Shown: positions 48,023 through 56,986 of the stretch, piece by piece | How positions within the stretch are numbered: position 1 is the stretch's first letter | Layout of the letters: each line of letters opens with the position of its first letter | NCBI GenBank assembly: GCA_903888345.1 | Contig: CAISTG010000060.1 | Span: forward strand, 1 to 58,093 | Direction of reading: 5' to 3' | DNA length: 58,093 bases | Origin: Candidatus Buchananbacteria bacterium | Lineage (GTDB): Bacteria > Patescibacteriota > Patescibacteriia > 2-01-FULL-39-33 | Translations under genes and position numbers: made by a program | Notes under the pieces: generated by a model | Databases searched by the model: none | The model's input: only the letters and a program-made list of their open reading frames with translations | Told to the model about the DNA's origin: nothing

Positions 48023-49405
48023 TTAACTAATTTTATTTTTAAGCCAATCCTTCAAATCTTCCACCTTAACTTTATCCTGCTTCATAGTATCGCGATCGCG
48101 AACAGTTACTTCTCCCTTTTCTAGTGTATCGAAATCGACTGTCACGCAGAATGGGGTACCGACTTCGTCTTGGCGACGATAGCGTTTGCCAACATTACCA
48201 TTGTCATCAAATTCGCATTTAAATTCTGACTTCAAGTCAGCAAAAATTTCTCGAGCTTTAGCTACCAATTCTGGTTTATTTTTCAGTAACGGGAAAATAG
48301 CAACTTTAGTTGGCGCCAGCTTCGGTGGGAATTTCATAACCACGCGAATATCCCCTTCACCCAAATCTTCTTCAGTATAGGCAGCGGATAAAGCCACTAA
48401 GACTGCACGATCAACACCGAAGGTTGGCTCCAAAACATGCGGCAGATATCTTTTATTGGTAGTTGAATCAAAATAAGTTAGATCAGAGCCAGAAAATTTC
48501 TGATGTTGACTCAAATCAAAATCACCACGATGGGCTAAGCCAAATAATTCAGCAAAGCCAAACGGGAAATTATACTCGATATCCACGGTTTTACGGGAAT
48601 AGTGGGATAACTTTTCCTTAGGATGCTCATAACGCTTCAAATCTTCAGCTTTCGCTCCTAGCGATTTGGCAAATTCTTCTTGCGCTTCCAACCAGTTATT
48701 AAACATAGCTTCCCACTCGGCTTCGGGCGAAATAAAATATTCAATTTCCATTTGCTCGAATTCTCTGACGCGGAAAATAAAGTTACGCGCCACGATTTCA
48801 TTGCGAAACGCTTTGCCGATCTGACCAATGCCGAAAGGTACTTTAACGCGGCAAGAATCAATCACATTCTTAAAGTCCACAAAAATCGCCCCGGCGGTTT
48901 CTGGTCGTAAATAAACCGGGCCCTCAACACTATTCATTTCGGTTTTAAACATCATGTTGAAAAATCTCGCTTCAGTCCAATTCTGTTTGCCACAATTCGG
49001 GCATTTGATTTCGGTTTGGATTGTCTTGGTCATTTCATCTAATTTACCTTCCAAGTCCTTGCCTAAAACTTCACTAATCAAATTATCGGCGCGATAGCGC
49101 ATCTTGCACTCTTTGCAATCAATCATCGCATCATTAAAACCACCTAAGTGGCCCGAGGCCTCCCATAATTTTGAGTTGAGTAAAATCGGACCATCAAGTC
49201 CCACCATATCTTCGCGGCCATCAACAAACTTCTTCCACCATAATTGTTTGATATTGTTCTTGAGCTCGACGCCATAGGGGCCATAGGAATAGGCATTGGC
49301 AAAACCACCATAAATTTCACACGCCGGAAAAACAAAGCCTTTGCGTTTACAAAAAGCAACGATTTTCTCCATTTGTTCGTTTTTGATATTCTTTTCTTTG
49401 GCCAT
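48023..49405 (-). CDS. glyQS: glycine--tRNA ligase, alpha2 (dimeric) type
   Basis: YGPYGVELKNN, YLRPETA, IGQIGKAFRNEI, FRVREFEQMEIEYF, GKRYRRQDEVGTP. Confidence 0.96.
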   Translation of the reverse strand: MAKEKNIKNEQMEKIVAFCKRKGFVFPACEIYGGFANAYSYGPYGVELKNNIKQLWWKKFVDGREDMVGLDGPILLNSKLWEASGHLGGFNDAMIDCKECKMRYRADNLISEVLGKDLEGKLDEMTKTIQTEIKCPNCGKQNWTEARFFNMMFKTEMNSVEGPVYLRPETAGAIFVDFKNVIDSCRVKVPFGIGQIGKAFRNEIVARNFIFRVREFEQMEIEYFISPEAEWEAMFNNWLEAQEEFAKSLGAKAEDLKRYEHPKEKLSHYSRKTVDIEYNFPFGFAELFGLAHRGDFDLSQHQKFSGSDLTYFDSTTNKRYLPHVLEPTFGVDRAVLVALSAAYTEEDLGEGDIRVVMKFPPKLAPTKVAIFPLLKNKPELVAKAREIFADLKSEFKCEFDDNGNVGKRYRRQDEVGTPFCVTVDFDTLEKGEVTVRDRDTMKQDKVKVEDLKDWLKNKIS

Positions 49406-49574
49406 ATAATTAAATTGTTTAATCGTTTTTAATATTGAATTGATATGATGCTGGTGTGGTGGTAAATAATCTAGCCACTTAACAATTAATTTTAGTATAA
49501 CTACCGTTAAATCACAGGCCTATCTTAGCAATAAATCGGCCCTTTAGTCAAAAATCCCGCACCTGGCGAGATAT

Positions 49575-50225
49575 TTAATAACTGGTTTGTGGCGTCTCAA
49601 CTCCGGGCTCAGAACTAATTAGCGGCTCTTTTTCAGCAAAGGCACCGGCGACACGACCAGTAAAACGCAGTTTAGCGATCAATCTGCCCGCTTGAGATGT
49701 TAAGATTTCATCATTATATGGGCCCTGAGCCAAACTTGTCTCCGCCACCTTTAAGGGCCACGCATAAACAGTCTCCACAGCCGCCAAAAAAACACTAGCA
49801 CCCTGCTGCTTCTGGGAATTAAACTCAATTAATGGCAACATTAAGTAGGAAATACAAATAACAGCCACTGCCAGTAAAATTGATTGCCAAAACCACACTA
49901 AAGGACTAAGCCAATTAAATTCCCCAGTCGCCGTAATTTCTCTAGTCCAAGACTCTCGCTTGCGATTAATCTCATAATGCTCGGCAACCGTTTGGGTTAA
50001 GTGATGTTTTAAGGTTTGTTTAAAATCTTGCAACCAACGCTCCTCCAAAAACCACTGACCATCAACTTGATAGGCTTTAACTTTACCATCTCGAATCAGT
50101 CGCGTTAAATATTTTTCGCTCACCTTCAGATAAGCAGCTGCTTCTGGCAATACAAACAACTCACTGCTAGAAAATTTCTTCAGCAGTTGTTTCATGGCTT
50201 GGCAAGTTGTCTGGGTCTGACTCAT
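49575..50225 (-). CDS. excisionase/MerR-like HTH protein with a TM segment
   Basis: LPEAAAYLKVSEKYLTRLIRDGKVKAYQVDGQW, followed by a hydrophobic helix and a G.VAG motif. Confidence 0.7.
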   Translation of the reverse strand: MSQTQTTCQAMKQLLKKFSSSELFVLPEAAAYLKVSEKYLTRLIRDGKVKAYQVDGQWFLEERWLQDFKQTLKHHLTQTVAEHYEINRKRESWTREITATGEFNWLSPLVWFWQSILLAVAVICISYLMLPLIEFNSQKQQGASVFLAAVETVYAWPLKVAETSLAQGPYNDEILTSQAGRLIAKLRFTGRVAGAFAEKEPLISSEPGVETPQTSY

Positions 50226-50378
50226 TTGTTGAAATTGATTATCGGATATCCGACACGGCGGATTCCGATAATGACGAATAAGGATGAATTCTAATATAAA
50301 TTATAACATAAATTTCTCGGTGCGTTAAATGGTGTTGTCCTCGTCGCCTGAGAGCTGACAGATACGAAAATCTCCGAC

Positions 50379-50416
50379 AAAAAAATCCGTTCCGAAGTTA
50401 ATCGGAACGGATTTTT
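50379..50416 (-). terminator. intrinsic terminator
   Basis: AAAAATCCGTTCCGA-agttaa-TCGGAACGGATTTTT. Confidence 0.8.
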
Positions 50417-50426
50417 AAATAAAAAT

Positions 50427-50963
50427 TTATTTCTTGGCGGCAGCAGCCTGGTCACTAACGTAACTAGCGATTGCCTGTACGACACGAGAATCAGCCTTTA
50501 ACTTTTCAGTCAAAAGAACCTGATCGCGATTGATAATCATCGCATCGGTCGGGCCATGAATTTCATTACCCAACTTGATCAAAGTTAACTCTTGTTGAGT
50601 CTGAGCAGCTGTTGTAGCAGCGGCACCAGTAGCGGTACTTTGTAATGGCTTAGTAACTACCTGTAGATAGTAGATATCAGCCAAAACAACTGACTTCATA
50701 CCAACTTGCTTAACTTTACCAAAATAAACTTGGCCATTGGTTAAGAAAATTGCCTGCCAGTCCTTGCCAGAAACAGCAGCGATTGAATCATCGGACCACA
50801 TCTTTTTAACACCGACACAAAGCGCTCCTACTACGACGACGATCACTACGATCACAATTACCCAACCTAAAAATTTTAACACCTTACCACCAGCCGATTT
50901 TCGAACTGGCGCCTCTGACTTGTTTGCATCGTCAAAAGGACTCATTGTCTTATTGATTGCCAT
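50427..50963 (-). CDS. conserved hypothetical single-TM protein
   Basis: WQAIFLTNGQVYFGKV..L.DIYYLQ..LIKLGNEIHGP.D.M.INRDQVL motif; AAGGAG SD. Confidence 0.85.
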   Translation of the reverse strand: MAINKTMSPFDDANKSEAPVRKSAGGKVLKFLGWVIVIVVIVVVVGALCVGVKKMWSDDSIAAVSGKDWQAIFLTNGQVYFGKVKQVGMKSVVLADIYYLQVVTKPLQSTATGAAATTAAQTQQELTLIKLGNEIHGPTDAMIINRDQVLLTEKLKADSRVVQAIASYVSDQAAAAKK

Positions 50964-51079
50964 TTTATTGTCTCCTTCTGCCGCATCGCCAGACGCAGAA
51001 GCGAATATTGATGGGCCAGTAGCTTATGCTACCAAATTAATTATTTATGTAAAAATTACGTTAAACTAATTCTACTTCC

Positions 51080-51146
51080 ATTATACCAACTTATAAATAT
51101 TATAACAAGTTGTCATAATTATAACAAGATATTAATATTATAACAA
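51080..51146 (-). promoter_or_regulatory. tandem promoter array: 4 x TTG(T/G)TATAAT at exact 19-bp period
   Basis: ATTATA(A/C)CAA at 51080, 51099, 51118 and 51137 with unrelated 9-bp spacers. Confidence 0.75.
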
Positions 51147-51157
51147 ATTTAATTTTA

Positions 51158-52213
51158 CTAATCAACATCAGCAGTTGTGGAAAAGCCAGCTTTGCTATGA
51201 TTAAGGATATCGCCAAAAACAACGCTCAAGGCCGTAGTGACTGGGATTGCTAAAATGATTCCAACAATACCAGCGATCTGTGCACCAATCATCATAGCCA
51301 CAATCACCACCACAGGATTTAAACCGACCGCACGTTTCATGACTTGCGGCACAATAACATAATTCTCCAGCTGTTGAATGACAATATACAAAACAGCAAC
51401 TGATAACCCCAAGACTGGCGACACCGTAAAAGCAATAAATACCGCCGGCACCGCGCCGATAAACGGCCCGAGATAAGGAATAATTTCAGTAACGCCCGCA
51501 AACAAAGCCAACACCCAAGCATATTTAACTCCCAATAACGACAGACCCGCTAAGGAGCAAGCGAAGATAATAAAAGATAATAATAACTGACCGCGCAACC
51601 ATAAGCCGATTTTTTCTTGCATGCGGGTCACCAAATGCATAAAGTAAGGTTGATACTTTGGCGGCAAGAATGAACGGAGCTTTTTTTTCATTGGGGCATC
51701 ATAGACTGCCAAATAAAAAGTCATCACTAAAATAACTAAGCCAGAAAAGACGCTTCCGATAAATGTGAAAATCCCACCAAAGACATTAGTAGCCATTGAG
51801 GTGGCACTAGCCTGTAACGCATCTAAAGCATTTTGAATATTAGATTGTAAGCCATGACTAACGGAGAAAATCTCAACTTGTTGCCAGCCAGACGATAACT
51901 TTTCCCAATAGCCAGGAAAATCACTAGATAGATTCTTAATTTCCGAAGAGATAGGATTAATCAACAAATAAGAAGAGAAAAATACCAGAAAGAAAGCAAC
52001 GACGTAAATAAAGAAAACTGATAACGACCGTGGAACCTTAAACTTTTGAAACCAATCAACCCAGGGGTCAATAGCGGAGGCAAAAACTAAGGCGACAAAA
52101 ACAATCATAACCACATCGCGCAAATAAAAGAGGACGGCCACGGCAGTGACAATTAGGAGAATCTTCAACAGGGTGAAGAGCGATATTTCGACGACGAGTT
52201 TTTTGTCTGGCAT
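51158..52213 (-). CDS. AI-2E (PerM) family transporter
   Basis: WLRGQL, IPYLGPFIG, QQLEN..PQVM..VGLNP, GIILAIP. Confidence 0.93.
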   Translation of the reverse strand: MPDKKLVVEISLFTLLKILLIVTAVAVLFYLRDVVMIVFVALVFASAIDPWVDWFQKFKVPRSLSVFFIYVVAFFLVFFSSYLLINPISSEIKNLSSDFPGYWEKLSSGWQQVEIFSVSHGLQSNIQNALDALQASATSMATNVFGGIFTFIGSVFSGLVILVMTFYLAVYDAPMKKKLRSFLPPKYQPYFMHLVTRMQEKIGLWLRGQLLLSFIIFACSLAGLSLLGVKYAWVLALFAGVTEIIPYLGPFIGAVPAVFIAFTVSPVLGLSVAVLYIVIQQLENYVIVPQVMKRAVGLNPVVVIVAMMIGAQIAGIVGIILAIPVTTALSVVFGDILNHSKAGFSTTADVD

Positions 52214-52276
52214 GGGCTTTGATTAATTTCTATTTATATTATACTATATATTCGTAACACAAGCAAAATATTTAAG

Positions 52277-52726
52277 ATGAAAATAATCACCAAAAACAAA
52301 GAAGGCTTATACAGCTATGAAATTTTAGACACCTGGAAAGCCGGGTTGGTTTTAAGTGGCCCAGAAGTTAAGGCGGTTAAGGGTGGCCTAGTCAGCTTGA
52401 AGGGCTCCTTTGTCCAGTTGGATAATAAGAATGAGGTCTGGCTAGTCAACTCCTTTATTGGCCCCTACAAGCCAGCCAAAACCCAACAATTAGGCTACGA
52501 TCCCTACCAAAGACGCAAGTTATTACTGAATAAACGTGAAATTGATTCCATCTTAGGTAAAAAGTCCCAAAAAGGCTTGACAATTGTCCCAATTTCAGTA
52601 TATACTAATAAGAGATTGATTAAGGTTGAGATTGGACTAGCCCGTGGCAAGACCAAAATCGACAAGCGAGAATCCATTAAAAAACGAGAGCTTAATCGCG
52701 AAATCTTGCGAACCTTAAAACAGTAA
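52277..52726 (+). CDS. smpB: SsrA-binding protein SmpB
   Basis: AGLVLSG.EVK, RRKLLLNKREI, GLTIVP, RGK...DKRE.IK.RE. Confidence 0.96.
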   Translation: MKIITKNKEGLYSYEILDTWKAGLVLSGPEVKAVKGGLVSLKGSFVQLDNKNEVWLVNSFIGPYKPAKTQQLGYDPYQRRKLLLNKREIDSILGKKSQKGLTIVPISVYTNKRLIKVEIGLARGKTKIDKRESIKKRELNREILRTLKQ

Positions 52727-52728
52727 TT

Positions 52729-53114
52729 GGGGATGTCTTGCTTTGATAGGGATGAAATTTCCATTTTGGCAAATCGAGGCTGATGGCCAGCTCGTAAACC
52801 GACCATCACGGCTAAAATGCCAACAATCTTTTGGCAAAAGTACGATCCGCTTTCAGCGGCTTGGCTTTTGCTCCAGCCCTAGCCTAATATCTAGCGCCAT
52901 CGCTACCGCCCACTCCTAACAAGCAGTTAGCGGTGTTATATCTATAGGATCGCCAAAATCTCTACTCGATGGATCTTGGTTAAACATATTCGAGCTAACT
53001 GAAAGATTTTTTGCCGCTTTTAGAATCTTTCAGCCAAAACTTAAAACGGCTAAATTTGTAATACCGATGGGACACTTTTGTTCTTAGACAGGGGCTCAAT
53101 ACCCCTCATCTCCA
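52729..53114 (+). ncRNA. ssrA: tmRNA; tag ORF 52819-52887 = (A)ANNLLAKVRSAFSGLAFAPALA*
   Basis: GGGGATG/CATCTCCA acceptor with G3-U pair, T-arm AGGGG-CTCAATA-CCCCT, resume context TAAAAT-GCC, tag ending ALA; 2 nt downstream of smpB. Confidence 0.92.
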
Positions 53115-53124
53115 CAATCATTGT

Positions 53125-53196
53125 TTAAAGTCGAAAGTCCATAAAGTTCCTAAAGTTTGGGACTTTTGACTTTAAAGACTTTTTACTTTAGAGACT
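53125..53196. repeat. AAAGTC/GACTTT mirrored array
   Basis: taaagtcgaaagtccataaagt...gacttttgactttaaagactttttacttta. Confidence 0.7.
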
Positions 53197-53207
53197 AACC
53201 AACTATC

Positions 53208-53777
53208 ATGCGTAAATCATTTAGAGGACACAATCAAAAACCAGAAGGACCAAAAGAATTCCGCGTCAATGAGAAAATCATGTCGCCGGAACTGATGGTC
53301 ATTGATGAAAATGGCGTCAGTTTGGGCAACCTTAGCCGTGATGCGGCTTTGGCAGAAGCCAAGCGACGAGAATTGGATTTGGTGGAAGTTTCACCTAAAG
53401 CCAATCCTCCGATTGCCAAATTTATTGATTACGGCAGTTTTAAGTACCAAAAAGAAAAACAAGAGCGCAAGGCTAAGGCCAAGCAAAAGGTGGTCGAAAC
53501 CAAGACTATCAAGCTCTCCCCTCGTATTGGTCAACATGACGCTGAAATTCGCGCCGATCAAGCTGTAAAATTCTTGCTCGAAGGCGATAAGGTCAGAATT
53601 GAATTGCAATTGCGTGGCCGAGAAAACCAACATGCCGATCTCGCTAAGAGCAACATTAAAGACCTGATTGAACAAATCAAAATCAAATTAGCCGCCACCG
53701 GTTCAACCGAAGCTGTTAAGACCGAGGGCGATATCGCTCGCCAAGGTGGAAAATTATCCTTAAATATTTCAATATAA
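53208..53777 (+). CDS. infC: translation initiation factor IF-3
   Basis: RVNEKI, LDLVEVSP.A.PP.AK.IDYG.FKY, FL..GDKV, RGRE. Confidence 0.96.
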   Translation: MRKSFRGHNQKPEGPKEFRVNEKIMSPELMVIDENGVSLGNLSRDAALAEAKRRELDLVEVSPKANPPIAKFIDYGSFKYQKEKQERKAKAKQKVVETKTIKLSPRIGQHDAEIRADQAVKFLLEGDKVRIELQLRGRENQHADLAKSNIKDLIEQIKIKLAATGSTEAVKTEGDIARQGGKLSLNISI

Positions 53778-53804
53778 TATAAACTATACAGATTAACAAA
53801 AGTT

Positions 53805-54002
53805 ATGCCGAAAATAAAAACTAGAAAGTCGGTTGCTAAAAGATTTAAAGTAACCAAAACCAAAAAAGTCACCAAGCGCGGTTGTGGCCAAGACCACTTC
53901 AATGCTCGTGAGTCAGGCAAGCAAAAGCGAGGCAAGAAATTGGATCGCTCTGTCGCTGAAACCGATGCCGCCAACATCAGAAAAATGTTGCCTTACAACT
54001 AA
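53805..54002 (+). CDS. rpmI: 50S ribosomal protein L35
   Basis: MPKIKTRKSVAKRFKVT; sits between infC and rplT. Confidence 0.95.
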   Translation: MPKIKTRKSVAKRFKVTKTKKVTKRGCGQDHFNARESGKQKRGKKLDRSVAETDAANIRKMLPYN

Positions 54003-54043
54003 GGTCGCATCTTCCTAATTATAAACTAAAATTATTATCACAT

Positions 54044-54427
54044 ATGCCTAGAGTAAAACGTGGCGTGATGCATTCCAAGCGCCGAAAGAATCTCTTGAAG
54101 ACCACCAAAGGCTTCCAAAGAGGTAGAAAAAAATTGATTAAACTAGCAACTACTGCTGCCATGAAAGCCGGAGCTAATGCTTTTCGTGATCGTAAGGTCA
54201 AAAAGCGAACCGCTCGTACTCTCTGGCAAATCAGATTAAATGCTGCTGTTCGCGGATTCGGATTATCTTATAGCCGCTTCATTGATGGCTTAAAGAAATC
54301 CAACATTGAAATGGATCGCAAGGTCTTATCTCAATTAGCTCAGAAAGAACCACAAGTATTCGCGAAGATTGTTGAGAAGGTTCAAGCTGAAGTTAAAGTA
54401 GCCGCTAAAGTTGAAGCTAAAGCTTAA
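54044..54427 (+). CDS. rplT: 50S ribosomal protein L20
   Basis: MPRVKRG, RDRKVKKR..R.LW..R.NAA, SYSRFI.GL, DRKVLS.LA. Confidence 0.97.
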   Translation: MPRVKRGVMHSKRRKNLLKTTKGFQRGRKKLIKLATTAAMKAGANAFRDRKVKKRTARTLWQIRLNAAVRGFGLSYSRFIDGLKKSNIEMDRKVLSQLAQKEPQVFAKIVEKVQAEVKVAAKVEAKA

Positions 54428-54443
54428 TTACAATTCTATATTT

Positions 54444-54476
54444 AAAAACCGGAGTCAATAATGACTCCGGTTTTTT
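54444..54476 (+). terminator. terminator after rplT
   Basis: AAAAACCGGAGTCA-ataa-TGACTCCGGTTTTTT. Confidence 0.85.
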
Positions 54477-54543
54477 ATTTGTCACTCCGCCTTTATTAAA
54501 TCTTCTTTTCGTTTTTTTCAAGAAGATGGAAATCCAATTTAAT

Positions 54544-54730
54544 ATGAATTACCTTTTACCACCTTTTGTAGCCAAATCGCCTGCTGGCGATATCGGGGTT
54601 GGCTATATTCTTTTTGAATCAGCTCCGCTGAATCTTATTTTACTATCCTCCGCTTCGCTACGGACTGAATTAATAAGGTTGAGCCAAAATCGCGACCGGC
54701 GAAAATCACGGCTATTTGTTGTGGCGGATT
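54544..54730 (+). repeat. dispersed ~190-bp structured repeat, copy 2
   Basis: Inverted homolog of 29737-29926; identical core at 54569-54614. Confidence 0.85.
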
Positions 54731-54842
54731 CTAATGGTAGCATTGGGGACGGCGAATAAAAAAATAAAAAAAATACCGCGTTAGTCAAAAGCCAACGCGG
54801 TAAAAATATGATTGGAAAGAACTAAATCAGTATATAATACTA

Positions 54843-55406
54843 TTACTTACTAATTGCTGCCATGTCATATCCCAAAAAATTTGCACCTAGCCAGCCAGAT
54901 ACAGAAATCCACTTACCATTATCCCAGCAAAGACCACGTATAGAAAAGAGTGGCCCCTCTCCGCCCAGGTAGATAGTCCCCCAGAAATATACTGTGAACT
55001 TTTTCCATTCATTCGGAATCAATTCAGGATTAGCCAACAAATAATCAAGCACATTAGCATTCATGACTTGTTTGCTACTTAGACTTTTTCGTAAGTCTTT
55101 ACCAGCTAAACCCTTAACTTTTCTCTGTCTCTCATCTCGGTAAAGTTCGACTTTATCGGGATTCCACTCCAATTGGCCACCATTGACATGTTCTTCTAAA
55201 CCCCAGCAAGATGGCGTATATGGAACAGAATCACAATCTATTACATGTTTGACTGTAATAATTTGCGCTTGTCCTGATAATACTGATTTTAACATCCCCA
55301 AATGACGGCATTGTTGAAGTTTAGTCACGTCATCAGGTGTGAAGCCAGCATTCTCCAGGGCATCCATAAGCTTATTTGATTGACCGATTGTGAACAGTGT
55401 GGACAT
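54843..55406 (-). CDS. hypothetical protein (Trp-rich C-terminus)
   Basis: AAGGAG SD before MSTLFT; promoter TTGACA-17-TAAGAT at 55500-55528; motif NANVLDYLL.NPELIP.EWK...V.FWGTIY. Confidence 0.8.
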   Translation of the reverse strand: MSTLFTIGQSNKLMDALENAGFTPDDVTKLQQCRHLGMLKSVLSGQAQIITVKHVIDCDSVPYTPSCWGLEEHVNGGQLEWNPDKVELYRDERQRKVKGLAGKDLRKSLSSKQVMNANVLDYLLANPELIPNEWKKFTVYFWGTIYLGGEGPLFSIRGLCWDNGKWISVSGWLGANFLGYDMAAISK

Positions 55407-55598
55407 AGTCCAGCTCCTTTTCTGCGGACACATTCCAGGGGGAATTCGTCCATTTTTGAGCAAATTGGCTCTGCCGAAATGACAGCTTACCAATGCTCGA
55501 TCTTAGTTGAATTAGTTAATTTTGTCAAGTACTTTATCCCCTTATCTATTTAAATATATCTAAATTTAAACAAAATAAATATGACATATCTATATATA

Positions 55599-55626
55599 TT
55601 GACATTTACCAGATTTTTGCTATAAT
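55599..55626 (+). promoter_or_regulatory. promoter of the rpsF-ssb-rpsR-efp operon
   Basis: TTGACA-16bp-TATAAT with an extended TG. Confidence 0.8.
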
Positions 55627-55634
55627 TAGATTAA

Positions 55635-55774
55635 TTTAAGTCTTACCAACGCCCTTAGCGGGCTATCTTAGGCAAAAGTGACCTAAGAAAGGCAAACCAA
55701 AATCTACTCGCATCCGTCTCGGCGGACAGGCTAGATCCTATGGCTTTGCTGTAGGATTTTTTGTTGGACTTAAA
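55635..55774 (+). promoter_or_regulatory. structured 5' leader of rpsF (multi-stem junction)
   Basis: Closing helix TTTAAGTC..CCAAC/GTTGG-ACTTAAA enclosing four hairpins. Confidence 0.55.
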
Positions 55775-55798
55775 GATAAGAAATTAACTAAATAAAGT

Positions 55799-56281
55799 AT
55801 GAACAATTACGAGTTGCTTTACATCATCCCCAACCAATACACTGAGGACGAAGCTAAAGTAATCAAAACCAAAATCGACACTATGTTGACTAGCAACGGC
55901 GCCGTTATTGGTTATGAAGAAAACATGGGCAAGAAAAAATTAGCTTACCCAATCGATCACGTTGCTCACGGTTATTACATCTTAACCGAATTCGAATTAG
56001 AAGATGGCAGCAAAGTTAAAGTTATCAATGATAACTTGCGCTTAGACAAAGAAATCTTGCGCGCCCAAATCCTGACTAAGAAAAAACTTAGCCCAGAAGA
56101 AATGGAAAAGCAAAAGAAGCGTGAAGCCGCTAGCTTGCGTTACGAAGCCGAAAGAGCTAAGGGCGAAAAGGGTGAAGAAAAACCAGTCAAAGCTGAGGAT
56201 GCTAAAATCGAAAAAAAGGTAGAAATGAAAAATCTTGACGATAAATTGGACGAGATTTTAAAAACCGACGATTTAGTGTAA
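55799..56281 (+). CDS. rpsF: 30S ribosomal protein S6 (long charged C-terminal extension)
   Basis: MNNYELLYII, GKKKLAYPI, GYY, ILR; precedes ssb-rpsR. Confidence 0.95.
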   Translation: MNNYELLYIIPNQYTEDEAKVIKTKIDTMLTSNGAVIGYEENMGKKKLAYPIDHVAHGYYILTEFELEDGSKVKVINDNLRLDKEILRAQILTKKKLSPEEMEKQKKREAASLRYEAERAKGEKGEEKPVKAEDAKIEKKVEMKNLDDKLDEILKTDDLV

Positions 56282-56290
56282 GATATAAAC

Positions 56291-56393
56291 AGTTCATAAA
56301 GTCGAAAGTAGAAAGTCCATAAAGACTAAAAAATATTTTAACCTAGTCGACTTTATAAACTTTTAACTTTATAAACTTTTAACTTTATAAACT
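56291..56393. repeat. AAAGTC/GACTTT mirrored array, including ACTTTATAAACTTTTA tandem copies
   Basis: Seen directly in the rpsF-ssb spacer. Confidence 0.7.
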
Positions 56394-56404
56394 AATTTAA
56401 ACTT

Positions 56405-56887
56405 ATGAACCTCAATAAAGCCATTATCATCGGCAATTTGACTCAGAACCCTGAAGTCAAAAAAACTCCGAACGGGCAATCAGTTGCTAACTTCGGTGTT
56501 GCCACTAATCGCGTTTGGACCAATCAGCAAGGCGTTAAGCAAGAGCAAGCTGAATTCCATAATATTGTCGCTTTCGGCCGCTTGGCTGATATCGTCGGAC
56601 AATATTTAGCCAAAGGCAGGTTATGTATGGTAGAGGGACGTTTACAAACCAGAAATTGGACCGACAATGCTGGTGTCAAACATTGGAAAACTGAAATCAT
56701 GGCCGAAAACATCCAACTCGGACCAAAGAGTGCTAGCACTGGACCCAGCAACTATGCTGGTGGCAATAGCTACGCCGATGGCGGTTACTCCGGTGGTAAC
56801 AACGAACAGCCAGCTTACCAAGCTGAACCCATGATGCCTTCTTCACCTGATGAAGAAGAAATCAAAGTTGAAGACATCCCCTTCTAG
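56405..56887 (+). CDS. ssb: single-stranded DNA-binding protein
   Basis: NKAIIIGNL, VATNR.W, VEGRLQTR.W, acidic tail EDIPF. Confidence 0.97.
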   Translation: MNLNKAIIIGNLTQNPEVKKTPNGQSVANFGVATNRVWTNQQGVKQEQAEFHNIVAFGRLADIVGQYLAKGRLCMVEGRLQTRNWTDNAGVKHWKTEIMAENIQLGPKSASTGPSNYAGGNSYADGGYSGGNNEQPAYQAEPMMPSSPDEEEIKVEDIPF

Positions 56888-56963
56888 TCCTAAGTCTTTA
56901 AAGTCAAAAGTCTAAAGTATAAATATTTACTTGATTTTCCGGCTTTAGCGACTACTGACTTTA
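56888..56963. repeat. AAAGTC/GACTTT mirrored array
   Basis: taagtctttaaagtcaaaagtctaaagt...gactactgacttta in the ssb-rpsR spacer. Confidence 0.6.
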
Positions 56964-56986
56964 TAAAAAATTTAATAACTATAATT

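Noticed and set aside
49406..49550. T-box leader for glyS
   Set aside because: The leader is ~110 nt and AT-rich, with no T-box consensus (GGTGGNACCGCG) or terminator.
50305..50335. dif-like site (TTATGTTA on the minus strand)
   Set aside because: Only a partial XerD-arm match with no XerC arm; better explained as an extended -10 (TGTTATAAT) for the HTH gene.
54526..54788. 77-aa and 61-aa ORFs
   Set aside because: Both lie on the dispersed non-coding repeat; no start signals or protein motifs.
55688..55760. c-di-GMP-I riboswitch (GGCAAACC seed)
   Set aside because: Lacks the GAAA tetraloop stem and the downstream GACGCAAAGC segment.
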